Made by a program: the position numbers and the translations under genes
Shown here: positions 39,601 through 51,783 of the stretch, piece after piece
Layout: each line of letters starts with the position of its first letter
Position numbering within the stretch: position 1 is the first letter of the stretch
Origin: the human T2T-CHM13v2.0 reference genome, Homo sapiens
Strand: one strand, 5' to 3'
DNA: 64,000 nt
Assembly: GCF_009914755.1 (NCBI RefSeq)
Contig: NC_060939.1
The notes under the pieces: model-generated
Database searches by the model: none
What the model saw: the letters and a program-made list of their open reading frames with translations, nothing else
What the model was told of the DNA's origin: nothing

Positions 39601-41854
39601 CCCACCCACAAATATTCTTTTAGTGCCATCCCTGTATGTGGTCTTAAAGCAAATCTGAGTATGCCCACCAAGTAGCCAGAGGAGAGAAAGTCACAAAGGC
39701 TGGGTTCTTCCATTCAACAGAAACACATTAAATTCAGATCACCAATATCTCCAAGATGGTTCTAATCAGACAAAAAGAGAGAAATAATGAAGTATTCCAG
39801 GAAGGGCCCAGTTAGGTTTTGTTGACTGCAAAATAAACTGTTCTCCATATTCTTTCTCCACCAGTTTGCATGCTGTCTACTTTATATCTTCCTTGGGTTG
39901 TAGAATATTAGAGCTGGTGTAATAAACTGGGAAAGGGCATAAGCTTTGGAGCCCAGCAGTCCCAGTTATAAATCTACCTCCTGCACTGGTTAGCTGCTTG
40001 ACTTTGGACAGGTTACTTCACCTTTCTGTGCCTCAGTTGCTTATCCATCCCCTAAAATAGGATGATTATATATTATTCTGTGTACTATGTGAACTAATAC
40101 ACGGCAACTTCTTAGAGTTATGATCTTGTACATACTAGGTATACAAAATAGCATGTCTCTTCCACTTGTCAATGTAGCTGATTGAATTAGCAGACACTGT
40201 ATGTAGAGATGGCCATGCTGTGACTTTGGGGGAATTTACAAACTTTAAACCTTTGGCAAGCTATGGGCAGTAGCTGGTCCTAGAACAAGAATCTGAATGG
40301 CCAAGGCATGTGCTCTAGTGTTCCCTTGCAGAGATAGAGATTGTGTCTCCTCGGTGTGGTGTCTGTCAAGCTCAACACTCCATGAGATCAGGAACTAGTC
40401 CATCTCAGTCACCATTGTATCTCCAGAACTGAGACATTCAGGCATGAATGTTGTCCTGAGAGGAGAGCTACTTACTAGCATTTCCTGAGACCTACTACTT
40501 ACAGTCACTTTATAAGTGCTTTACATATATTGGTAGGACACAGAATAGAGAAAGGTAGTCCAGGTCTTCTGACTTCTGATGAAAATACAGTTTAAGAAGT
40601 GTAAAAAGCAGACTTGCTAGTATCTCTGTGCCCTGGCTCAGAATATCACATTAAGAGGGTAAGCGTTGGAGCTGCAGGTTTTGAGATTGACATGGGTGGC
40701 AGCAGGTTGGTGCAATAGTGAAATTTGAAGGGCACAAACTCCTTGCCTAGCTTGGCTGTGTAACCTGTCCAATTATTTGCTTTCATTCAGGACGTCTTTC
40801 CCCCTTCTGCTCTCTGAAACTGGAAGATGTTGAGAGGCACATAATTAATTTGGGTGTGTTAGACCAACGCCCTCAAAGTTCCTTATTTACTTGTCATTAT
40901 GCATAACTACACACATTATCAACACGAGGTTAAGTCTTCTGTGGTGGGTGTTTTTCTCTTACCCAAAGTGAAGGGGAGTGGTTACCATTGAATGGTGGAA
41001 CTCTGGTTATCACAGCTGGGTTTCCCACAGGTAGGGTTACCCACAAGATCAGAATAATTTATCACTAATTACGGTTTTGGAAATGAAGCTTAGATGAGCC
41101 CTTCCTAAAGTGCATTTCTTGGGAGCATCGCTTCCTTGAGCTGTTACTAGATATTCTGAGGTCAAACAAGTTTGAGACAAACTGGGATAAACAAAGTTGA
41201 CCTGTTTTCATTTTCCAAGATCTTCTCAATGGCTTTGTAAACCAGCATGCACCATGTCTCTCAGGGAGAGGTGCATAGTGTATAGTATCTCCCAGACGTG
41301 TTGGTCTAGGGAATTCCCTTTCTATTTTCACAGAGGACTTTCTGAGACTTGGGTGCTGTGGGACCTATGTTGGGGAAACACTGAGCTAAATATTCATTAG
41401 TGGGATAGGATGAAAAACAAACACCACATGAAACTGGGCATCCCCGCCAGAAATTCTTAATAGGTGCTCATTACAGTTTTATTAACACTAGGGTCATCTT
41501 TGAACTTAAGTAGAATGCTTTTGTCAAGTTGTTTTTGTTATTTATGATTTTATTTTTAGGTCAAAGTGTTGCCAAGTGGGTTCCTGGTTTTGGGGATTTG
41601 AAAAGTGGGACAACTTGAGGTCAAAGACCCTCCAGCAGTTTATCTTTGCCTTTCTGTTGTCTGTGATTTTTATCTGGTTTAACCACAGGTGACCTAGTAG
41701 TCCCATCTGGCCCCTAGAGAGGGTTGTAGCTTGTTCCAAATGGTCCCAAATCAGAAATTTCTCCCTCACACAAAATAACAGTGAGCTTACAAACTTGTAG
41801 TATCCATATTCATATGACTATTTTTTTAACCAGAAGTTTTTCCTTTGCTTGTCT

Positions 41855-43085
41855 GACTCATTCACTCATTTATTCCCTCATTTAGCAGTTTACTGAAGTC
41901 AGCTTATAATATTGCAGAGGCTGCTAGGCTCTGGGGATGCAGCAGTGACCAAAATGAGCTGAGACCTGCCTGCATGGAGATTACAGTCTAGAGCAGTGCT
42001 GTCCAGGAGACATACAATGGGTGCCACATTTGGAATTCTGAGTTTTCTAGTAGCCCCACTAAGACAAAGTTTAAAAAGAAACAGGTAAAATTAATTTTAA
42101 TAATATACTTTATTTTCACCTCATACATCCAAACTATTGTCACTTCAACAGGTAGTCACTATAAAAAGTAATGAGATTGTTTACATTTTTTTATACTAAA
42201 TCTTCAAAATTGGTATGTATTTTCTGCTTACAGCATATCTCAATTCGGACCTGCCATGTTTCCCGTGCTTAATAGCCACAGGCGGCTAGTGGAACAGTGT
42301 AGGTCTAGGGAGAGAGACAAATATAAAAAAATAGATATGAAAAAATCACGGGCGTATGTGATTCCAAACTGTGGCCAGTGATATGAAGAAAAGTTGAAAG
42401 GTTTGAGGAGAAAAAATAGGGGATCTGCTACAAGTGGCTGGTGGAAGTAGAAGTGGGAGCAGGGAGAGAAAGCCTCTTTTGGGAAGCAACATAGGCAGAG
42501 CCTAGGAGGATAGTGAGTAGAAGCTAGAAAGACCAAGAGTGGGGGCAAGGATGTCCTAGGTAATGAGGATGCAAAGAGGCCTCAAGACAGAGAGTGAGAG
42601 AAGCCCAGATTGGCTGGGGCAGGGAAAGTGAGGTGAGGAGCAAGGCAGGACTGAAGGGGAGGCAGGGGTGAGGGGGCAGGAAGGGGATCATGCAGCATCT
42701 TTTAAACCATGCTCAGGACTGTGAACATCATCCTGAAAGCAATGGGAAGACATGACATTTCAAGCAGGGGAGTTACATTGTCTGATTTTTCTGTTTTTTT
42801 TAAAGGGATCCCTCTGGCTGCTCTCTGTCTGGGTAGGTGGGGGTGATAGGCAATAGTTAGCAAAAATAAATGCAGGAAGATGGCAGGGGATGCTATGGTG
42901 CTGGGCTAGGGACCTGGTGATGGTGGGTTGGAGTGGAGGCAGTGGGGAAGGAGAAGTGTGGGTGGATCCAGCTGGTGTTTAGGAGATGCAATGGACAGAC
43001 AGGATGGTGGATTGGACATAGGGTAAGGGAGAGGGAGGTGTCCAGGAGAACTCCCAGGTGGTGGGATGAGCATCTAGGTGGATGT
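41855..43085. mobile_element. L2 remnant with a MER3/MER33-type hAT insertion (~41994-42300)
   Basis: L2 motifs (cattcactcatttattc..ctaggctctggggatgcagcagtga..acagtctag) on both sides of cagtgctgtcca...gtggaacagtg. Confidence 0.75.
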
Positions 43086-43180
43086 TAGGAAGACTAGAGT
43101 GGGTTTGGGCTGGAGATTATACTCCAGGACACACTGGGCACGGCCAAGCAAGAAACCTTGCATCTTTTCAACAGGAGTTA

Positions 43181-43461
<281 letters not shown>

Positions 43462-43659
43462 ATAAGAGAATTTTAAATGATATGGAGTTTTTTGTTATTA
43501 TCTCTGAGGAAATGATACAAAATTACCTCTGATTCATGTTGCAATTTATTATTGCAGTAACACACAGCTTGTACCAGAAAATATTTTCATAAAGAGGTGG
43601 CTTTTCCCATAACTTTAAACTTTAAAAATAGCATTTAATAAGAGCTTACCAGGATTTTA

Positions 43660-43818
43660 TTTTGATTTCTTTTTTGTTTATTTATTTAGCTGTTTTTGAG
43701 ATGCGGGGGCGTCTCACTACGTTGCCTAGGCTGGTTTCAAATTCCTGGGCCCAAGCGATCCTCCTGTGTCGGCCTCCCGAGCAGTTGGGACTACATGTAC
43801 ATGCCACCGTGCCCAGCC
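43660..43818 (-). mobile_element. Alu monomer (FLAM-like)
   Basis: Reverse-complement monomer with T-rich tail. Confidence 0.82.
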
Positions 43819-46800
43819 TTAGCAAGTATTTTAAAGAGGGCTTTGAAGTAGCTTCTCTTTGTGGATTACACTCAGAACTATAGAGTGCTTAGCAAATGGA
43901 TAGGGCTGCAGTGAAATCCACTGTCACTAATGTGTGCTCTCAGTGGGTCCATTTTTCATCCTGGAGAGCTCTGATGGAGAACTTGAAACCCAAGATGTAT
44001 TCGAAAGGATTCTGCCAGGAAATGAATGAGCAGACTCAGGGTATTCTGGATGAAATGCTCTTATTACAAGACTGTTGGTGCATGTTCCATGTCCCACTTA
44101 TGTGTGTGATAAGCCACCAATACATTTATCAGTCTGACCTGTTTACCGAAAAAGATATCAAGGCTTGAGAGCTCTGAGTCACTGCCAGGTAGATCAATAA
44201 AACCATGAGATATTGCAGTTGCTTAGACCATTTATTCAGCAAACGTTTATTAATCAACCACTCTACACCAGACATGGAGAATGCAAAACCCAGTAACTTA
44301 TGCTCCTACCTTTCAATCTGGGAGCGTGGGGTGGGTGACTGGGGTCAGGAGAACACATGAGATTAATGCATTTTATGTCCATATAAGGCAAAGAGTGGGC
44401 AGAAAAGTGGGACCTCATTATTCTTGGGGGAATTAATCTTTGACTTGAACCTTACGAAGTATAGTAAGAATTTGTCTGTTGATTAGAGAGGGCATTTTAG
44501 GCAAAGGGCAATCAGATAACCTGGTACATTAAAGGAGCTATGAGTGGCTCAGGGTGGCTGGGGTGTAAGGATGAAGCTGGATGTGGAGAGAGATGAGGCT
44601 CTGGCATGAAAGATGTCCAGAGAAGTCTTATTAGGTAAGGTTGGAAAGGTTCGTGTGACACTTCATGGCACCAGTTTGACGAACCTGGCCAGAACTGCCT
44701 ACGGGAATTGTGCACAGCAACCTGTGATTGTCAGAAATTGAGAAGTGGAGGTGATTGCAGATCATTATAGATGATTATAAATAGAGTACAATGTGTATTT
44801 GAATATAATCTGGGATCATGATATCTTTGGTGTAGACACAACCTCCATCGCTATTCGATGCCACAGGGAGCACCTACAGTGTCCCGGTGCTTTGCCAGGC
44901 ATGAGCAGTGCTGGCGTGTGGAGGGTAGGGAGAGTGCAGGGAGGACAGAGGCGTGCAGGGTCCAGCTGCTCCTGGGGTGCTCATGGTCTAAGGGGATAGA
45001 GAGATGTGTACACAAGAAAAGCAGCAGTCACACTGTTCACCAACATCCAGTCCCTCTTTTTTTCTGGGCACAAGGGAGGCTAATGCATTCCACACTTTCG
45101 ATGTTAGTTGTGGTCAAGTGTCTTGTCTTAGTCAATGAAATATGAACAAAAGTTGTGTGTGTCATTTCTAGAAGAAACGTACAAAAACTAACACACGGTT
45201 CTTTAGCTCCTCTTTCCTCTGCTGCAGTGACTGGCAATGGCCTGGATGGAGGGGCCAGCTTGGGTACTTAGGTGCCCATAACAGCCCAAGGTCCTCCACA
45301 CACCCACGGTGGACCTGGGAACTAGATGAGAAAGAAGTCCTGCAGCTTCGGGTTCTTTATTACCACAGCAGAGTATAACCCATCCTCACTAGGAAGCAAT
45401 GCCAGGCCGCCTCCACTGTGTTTTAGGCCACTGTGTAGAAAGGAAATGCTCCTTCATTAATTAATTCATTACACAAACATTTGGGTCTGTGCTCTAAGCA
45501 CTGTGTGAAACCAGCCTGGTTCTAAGACTTTTGGAGGAATGAGCAATAACTAGGAGTTGGAGTGGTCAAGGGAGGTATTTTATTACTTTTTAAAAAAGAA
45601 TGTACATGGTGCATGTGTATATACATATTACACATTTTTCCATTATATAAGCCATATAACCGTGTATTTCCTTATCACTTGGAAAGTACAGAAATGAAAA
45701 AGAAAAACCCATAATCCTACTACTGAAGATAGACACTATAGGAATTTTGATGAATATTTTTCTAGTGTTATTACTGTATATTTTTTACATAACGTTGATA
45801 GAATTTTACCTTATACGTAACACATCTTAAAGTTTATTCATAAGCATTTTCAGTTTTCAAATTCGTCTTTTTAATTGCTATAAAATAACATCAAATTTTT
45901 CTAAATTTTTACTATTAACATTTAAAATGACCGTTTTATATGTTTTTTCCCAAGTTTTGCTGATTTCCATAGAATGATTTCTAGAAGTATAAGTAAACAA
46001 GAAAATGGCCTCCAAAGATTTATTCAAATTAACAGTCTCACTAATTGTGTACAACAGTGTTATTTACACTGATATTTGATATTACTATAACTTAAAAAAT
46101 CATTTTAACAGGTGAAAATTCATAGCTAATAGGTTTGTATTTCTTTGATAACTGGAGAGGTTGAAAGCCATCCTATGTATTTGTTTACTAGTTATTTTTA
46201 GTTTTTGGAATTATGTATTCATATCATATACCTATTGATGGGGTATTCATATTTTTCTTATCAGTAGGTCTGATCTCATTACATATTTGAAGTTTTCTCT
46301 CCCATTCTTCCCTTTCAGTTATTTTGAAAAATATGTAAAATATTTTCATGCAGTTCAATGTGTTGATCATTTACATATTGATTTATTTTTTAATGTACAA
46401 TTCTAGAGTCTTCTAGAGGTTCCGTGGATTGATTTTTAAGTTCTTTGACCTGTCTCAAATTTACTTCAGTTCATAGTGCAAGAAGAAACTCTAACACACT
46501 TTTCCCTTCAATTTACTAACTTGCTATCCCAGGACAGCTTCATGGAACAGTCTTTCCTTTATCCGTTGATTTGTCCTGCCAGTAAAAGCTTATTTGATCC
46601 AGTTACCAGTGTGGAAGATGACAGGAATGAGATAAAGCTAGCACAGTGGGAATTCAGCCAGACATTTGATCTGACCATCTGGGCAAACTTCACAGATTCC
46701 ATCTTAGCAGACCAGGCCTGGGTATGTCTCAGGTTTTGCAGAGATGTGGTCAGCTTAGGGATGTTCTGCACTAAGGATTTAGCCAAGTGAGGATTAGCCC

Positions 46801-47099
46801 AGAGTGGCACAATGGGCTGCCAGCCGCCTTGTGAGCACGAGATCTAGGCAGTCCCTGCGCAGCACTGGTTAGGAGAGGAAATAGATGGCTCTTCCCTAGG
46901 GCCTCGTCTGTGTTTCTCTCAATGAGTTGAGGCCTGAAAGAGGCCACACTGGGACTCCCACTTGTGGCCCAGGCTAGGGAAGGCCTGGTCTGGAGAGAAG
47001 TCACAATTTTGAGAGTCATATATAGTTTCTTCTGCAAAATGAGAGCTTATGAAAGGTTTATTCACAAATAGTGTATGGAATAGAACTACCCTGCACAAT

Positions 47100-47362
47100 C
47101 CTGTTACTGAGCATCTGCCCAAAGGAAAAGAAATCAATATATTAGTATCAAAGACATACTTGCACTTATATTTTTATTACAGTATTATTGACAATAGCAA
47201 AGATATGGAATCAATCTAAGTGTCCATCAATGGATGAATGGATAAAGAAAATGTATATATATGCAATGGAATATTATTCAGCCACAAAAAATAATGAAAT
47301 CCTGTCTTTTGCAGCAACATGGTAGTATAACCAGAGGTCTTCATCTTAAGTGAAATAAGCCC
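47100..47362 (+). mobile_element. L1 (L1MA/PB-like) ORF2 3' fragment
   Basis: caatagcaaagatatggaatcaatctaagtgtccatcaatggatgaatggataaagaaaatg..ggaatattattcagcca..ttaagtgaaataagcc. Confidence 0.85.
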
Positions 47363-47391
47363 TGACTTGATCACAAATTTTGTAAAGAAAT

Positions 47392-47566
47392 TTATTATTT
47401 TTTATTTTTTAGAGAGACAAGGTCTCTCTCTGCCACCCAGGCTGGAGTGCAGTAGCATGATCATAGCTCACTGTAGCCTCGAACTCCTGGGCTCAAGCAA
47501 TCCTTCTGCCTCTCAGCCTCCTGAGTAGCTGGGACTACAGGCACATAACACCATGCCAGCTAATTT

Positions 47567-47612
<46 letters not shown>

Positions 47613-47722
47613 CGGGATCTCATCATCTTGCCCAGGTTAGTCTTGAACTCCTGGACTCAAGTGATCCTCCCATCTCAACCTCCAAAAGTGCTGGGTTACA
47701 GGCATGAGTCACTGCACCTGGC
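47392..47722 (-). mobile_element. AluJ element with a (TG)~20 microsatellite in its linker (47569-47609)
   Basis: Dimeric Alu whose middle linker is replaced by a TG repeat. Confidence 0.9.
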
Positions 47723-48704
47723 TGGAAATTTGTTAATAGCCTATGTTGAAGGGGTAGCTGAAATCACCTCACCATCCTCTGGGTTTCCAGAGCACCTCCA
47801 TTCTTATAGCCCATGTGAGTCGTATGGTGGGGTGTGGTTCTATGTCCTTTCTCGCCCTCTGTCTGGGACTGCCGAGAGAGCAGGTCTCATGTCATTTATT
47901 TGTAGAGTCTCAGGGCCTATTGCAGGATCTGACAGAGTCAATGACTGCTACCTTTGCGGAATGAATGAATAAAATCATTAATGGCTGAATGTGGCTGGCT
48001 TTTCCACGTCTTCCCACAGCTGGGGTACTTAATATTGGCTGAGGCAACTACTTTTAAACTGTTGGTATTTCTCTTTAATAAAATCTTGGGAAAACCTTGA
48101 CTTTCATGTCATTTTACTTTGGGACTTTTTCCAAAATCCAGGCTTTATTTTTCATCAAACACATGTCATGATCATGCTCTTAGGGAGTCTTTACAAACCA
48201 TCATCATGCTCTTGAGGGAATCTTTTGAAAACCTTACTTTAGATCAGAGTTAGAGAAGAAATTCACATTCTAATAGATTTGCAGGGTAATTGATATTCTC
48301 GCCATCTCTGTTCATATTTGAAATATTTCAGTACTCGATGTAGGGGCAAAAACATTGAGTTTACACCTTCTAATAACTTTCCAAAAACCTGTTATAAAGT
48401 AAAACTGTTGATTCAGAGGTTTGGGGATCTCTGGGGATACAGCTCAGCCTTGGGGCCCAGGGCCTACCGTAGCTGGGCTACACCTTCCTCTCCAGCTTCT
48501 TGTCCAGCTGCTTCTCCCTTCTGTTTTAGACTCTAGCAACATCCTAGGATTGTTATGGTCCTGTTGATGCAATGCTGCTTCTTGCCATCTTGCTGCTGTA
48601 AATGCTGCTTTCTCTGCTCAATCATCTAGCAAACTACCATTCATTCTTCCTGACCCTGCTGAGGCATCCCCTTCTCTGTGAAGAGTTCCCTCTCTCCTTC
48701 TCCA

Positions 48705-49247
48705 ATGTATCAGTAAGCTATTGCTGTGTAATAAACCACCCCCAAGGCAGTGGCTTGAAACAACTGTGTATTATTGTCCTGTGGGTCAACCAGCTGGTTC
48801 TGCTGATCCGGACAGGCTTGGCTAATCTCAACTCTGTTTTGTATCTATCGGCAGAACAACTGGAGGCTGGCTGGTCTAGGATGGCCTCATTTATGTGTTT
48901 GGCATTGGCTAGCTCTCAATTCAGTGGATGAGGGTGACTGGACCATGCGTCTCTCATCACCCAGTAGACTAGCCTGGGTTTGTTCTCGAGGTGACTGATG
49001 CTGTTCTGTGAGAGAGAAGGAAAGCATGCATGGCCTCTGGAGGCCTGGATCTCAAAACCCAATGGCACACCAGCACTTCTGCTGCTTTCTTTTGGCTGAA
49101 GCCAGGTCAGTTCATGTTCAAGGGGAGGAGATTTAGACTCTACCTTTTAATGGGAGAAGCTGCATAGTTACATTGCAAAAGACAAGGATCTGAGGGGAGG
49201 AGAGAAGGATGAGTGGAATGGTTGATTGATTTTTGTGATCAATCCAC
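48705..49247. mobile_element. MLT1-type MaLR LTR (old)
   Basis: tgtatcagtaagctattgctgtgtaataaaccacccc..cagtggcttgaaacaac...caatccaccaca. Confidence 0.7.
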
Positions 49248-49284
49248 CACACCCACCTTTGATAGAGGTACTTACTCTGTAGTA

Positions 49285-49615
49285 CAATTGGCCTTCCATA
49301 CTGTGGGTTCCATACCTATAGATTCAACCAATTGCAAACTGAAAATATTTGAAATATGTTTGCATCTGCACTGAACATGTACAGACTATTTTTCTTGTCC
49401 TTACAGGATAATAATACGGGATAACAACTATTGACAAAGCATTTACATTGTATTAGGTATTATAAGTAATCTAGAGATGATTTAAAGTATACAGGAGGAT
49501 GTATGTATGTTATATGCAAATACTACACTCTTTTATATTAGGGACTTGAGCATCTGGAGAGTGTGGTATCTGAGGGAGTTCCTGGAACTAATGTGCAGAT
49601 GCCAAGGGACAACTG
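49285..49615. mobile_element. MER2 (TcMar-Tigger) element
   Basis: TA|CAATTGGCCTT...AAGGGACAACTG|TA termini with TA TSD; internal tacaggaggatgt..agggacttgagcatc. Confidence 0.85.
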
Positions 49616-51421
49616 TACTATTGTACTTGGAAGTACTCATGGGGTCATATTGCATTGTTTCTTTGAGTCCTAATTCTGCCAACATGGCCTGGTGCTTGCA
49701 TTAATCAGCTTTCTAATCTCTGAGTAACAAGGCACAGTAACAAGGAGCAGTAACAAGGCACAGGGCTGGCACCTGAGAGTGGAGGTACCCAGGAGGCAGA
49801 CACCATAAGGCGGGAAAGGGACATATGTACAGAATCATGGCTGCATGTCCTGAAGCCTGGCTTAAGCCATCAACGGCTGCTGGGCAGGGGCCAAAGCCCT
49901 GTTATCCCTTTCGCCCTTCCTGATGGCTCTGCCTCTGCCTTCAGCTGGGCGTGGGCAGGCCCCACCCACCGAGGCTCCAGCCCTTACCCACAGTGTCAGC
50001 AATGCAGCCTCCAGAGGATGTGCTCAGGCCCTGCCCACACACCCGGATGTTGACAGGGGCATGACTCCAGCGCCAGCTCTAATGGATGGTCTCATCGCTT
50101 TTAAAATAATGACCATGGGGCGTGGGCTGGCGAGAGCAGTGACATCACTTTCCTGCAATTCTGGGTCAGTTCCTGCTGCTTTTCTCTGTATGTTTGAATG
50201 ACTGAAATAAATCTATTGGTTGGATATATTTCCTGGAAGACTTCTGACATGTTCACATGCCTATCTTGGAATGTGGTCAGGAGAGCAATGGCTTTGGACT
50301 TAGAGGTCCTGGGTTCAAGATTCTGCTACTAGCTTGCTGTATGAACTTGGACTAGCAACTTAACTTCTCCAGGCCTGTGTTTTCTCATTTGTACAATGAT
50401 GGGAGGAATACCCTTGGTTTTGTAAAGGAATGGTGAGGACGAACTGGGATCTCTTGTCAGAGACACTGTCTTCGTCAGTTTGGGCTGCTATAACAAAGTT
50501 CCACAGATTAGGTGGCTTGTTAACAGCAGAAATATATTTCTCACAGTTCTGGAGGCTAGAAGTCCAAGCTCAGGATGCCAGCATGGTTGGGCTCTGGAGG
50601 GCTCCTAAACACCATTATTCTTCATTCACGCTTCTCAGAGCCCTAAGGAAGAGAGTGATTCCTCAGCTCAATTGTGAACTGCTCCTGCCACTCTGTACTT
50701 CCTCGTGTAAAGAAACCAGACTTTACATCATGGGTGACCACTCCCGCAGAGTTGTACAGAACCTCCCTTGGGGCCACAGGATGGCTGGATTCTGTCCCCT
50801 CATATACAAGGAGGTTATTGGGACAGCATTTCTCCCTAGAACAAGAGTGTATATTTCAGAAAGCTATGGATGACTTCCCATGGTCATCAGATCACTAGGC
50901 AGGAATGCTATTCTCCTGATAGATGTGTGGAAAGTATTCAATTCAATTTTGACCCAAAGTTCTAGGCACTGGATTAAGAAATGCCAAACCCAAAACGTTT
51001 AACTTTAGAATTAAAAAAAAAATGAAAAAGAATCTTAGAAGCAGCAAAATATTATAATGGAAAGTTCCCTGGACGGGAAGACAAGGTGGTGAAGATGACA
51101 ATGATGATGCTGATGGCCAGACACCGTGATGAGTATTTGCATTCATTATCTCCTTTAGACTTCCCAACAGCTCCATGCAGTTGGTTCTAGACCATCCAGA
51201 TTATCTAGCTGAGAAAAAAAGGGTCTGAGAGAGGTTAGGCAACGGTTCTACAGACACATAGCTAATCTGTGGCGTGGAAGAGATCTGCTGTCTGAGCTCA
51301 AGTCTGTCTTGGGCTCCAGACCCACAGGTCTCTACTTTGCCTCTGACTCATTTTCTGTTGTGGGTAAATGGCTGTCTTTGGACTGCAATGATCCCATCTG
51401 GAATATAAATCAGATGGACCC

Positions 51422-51783
51422 TGTATTATTCTGTTCTCATGCTGCTAATAAAGACAAACCCGAGACTGGATAATTTCTAAAGAAAAGAGATTTAATGGAC
51501 TCACAGTTCCACAGCTGGGGAGGCCTCACAATGATGGTGAAAGGCAAAGGAGAAGCAAAGGCACATGTTGCATGCCAGCAGGCAAGAGAGCTTGTGCAGG
51601 GGAACTCCCCTTTATAAAACCATCAGATCTTGCGATACTTATTCACTTTCAAGAGAACAGCACCGGAAAGACCTGCCCCCATGATTCAGTTACCTCCCAC
51701 CAGGTCCCTTTCACAATGCATCGGAATTATGAGAGCTACAATTGAAGATGAGATTTGGGTGGGGACACAGGCAAACCATATCA
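51422..51783 (-). mobile_element. THE1 (MaLR) solo LTR, 362 bp
   Basis: TGTATTA...AAACCATATCA termini; perfect 5-bp TSD GACCC at 51417-51421 and 51784-51788. Confidence 0.93.

Noticed and set aside
50430-50941. 147-aa ORF and the unrecognised segment 50607-50941
   Set aside because: The ORF starts in MIR/MLT1-derived sequence and has no recognisable domain. I could not assign the distal segment; a Dfam or BLAST search would be needed.
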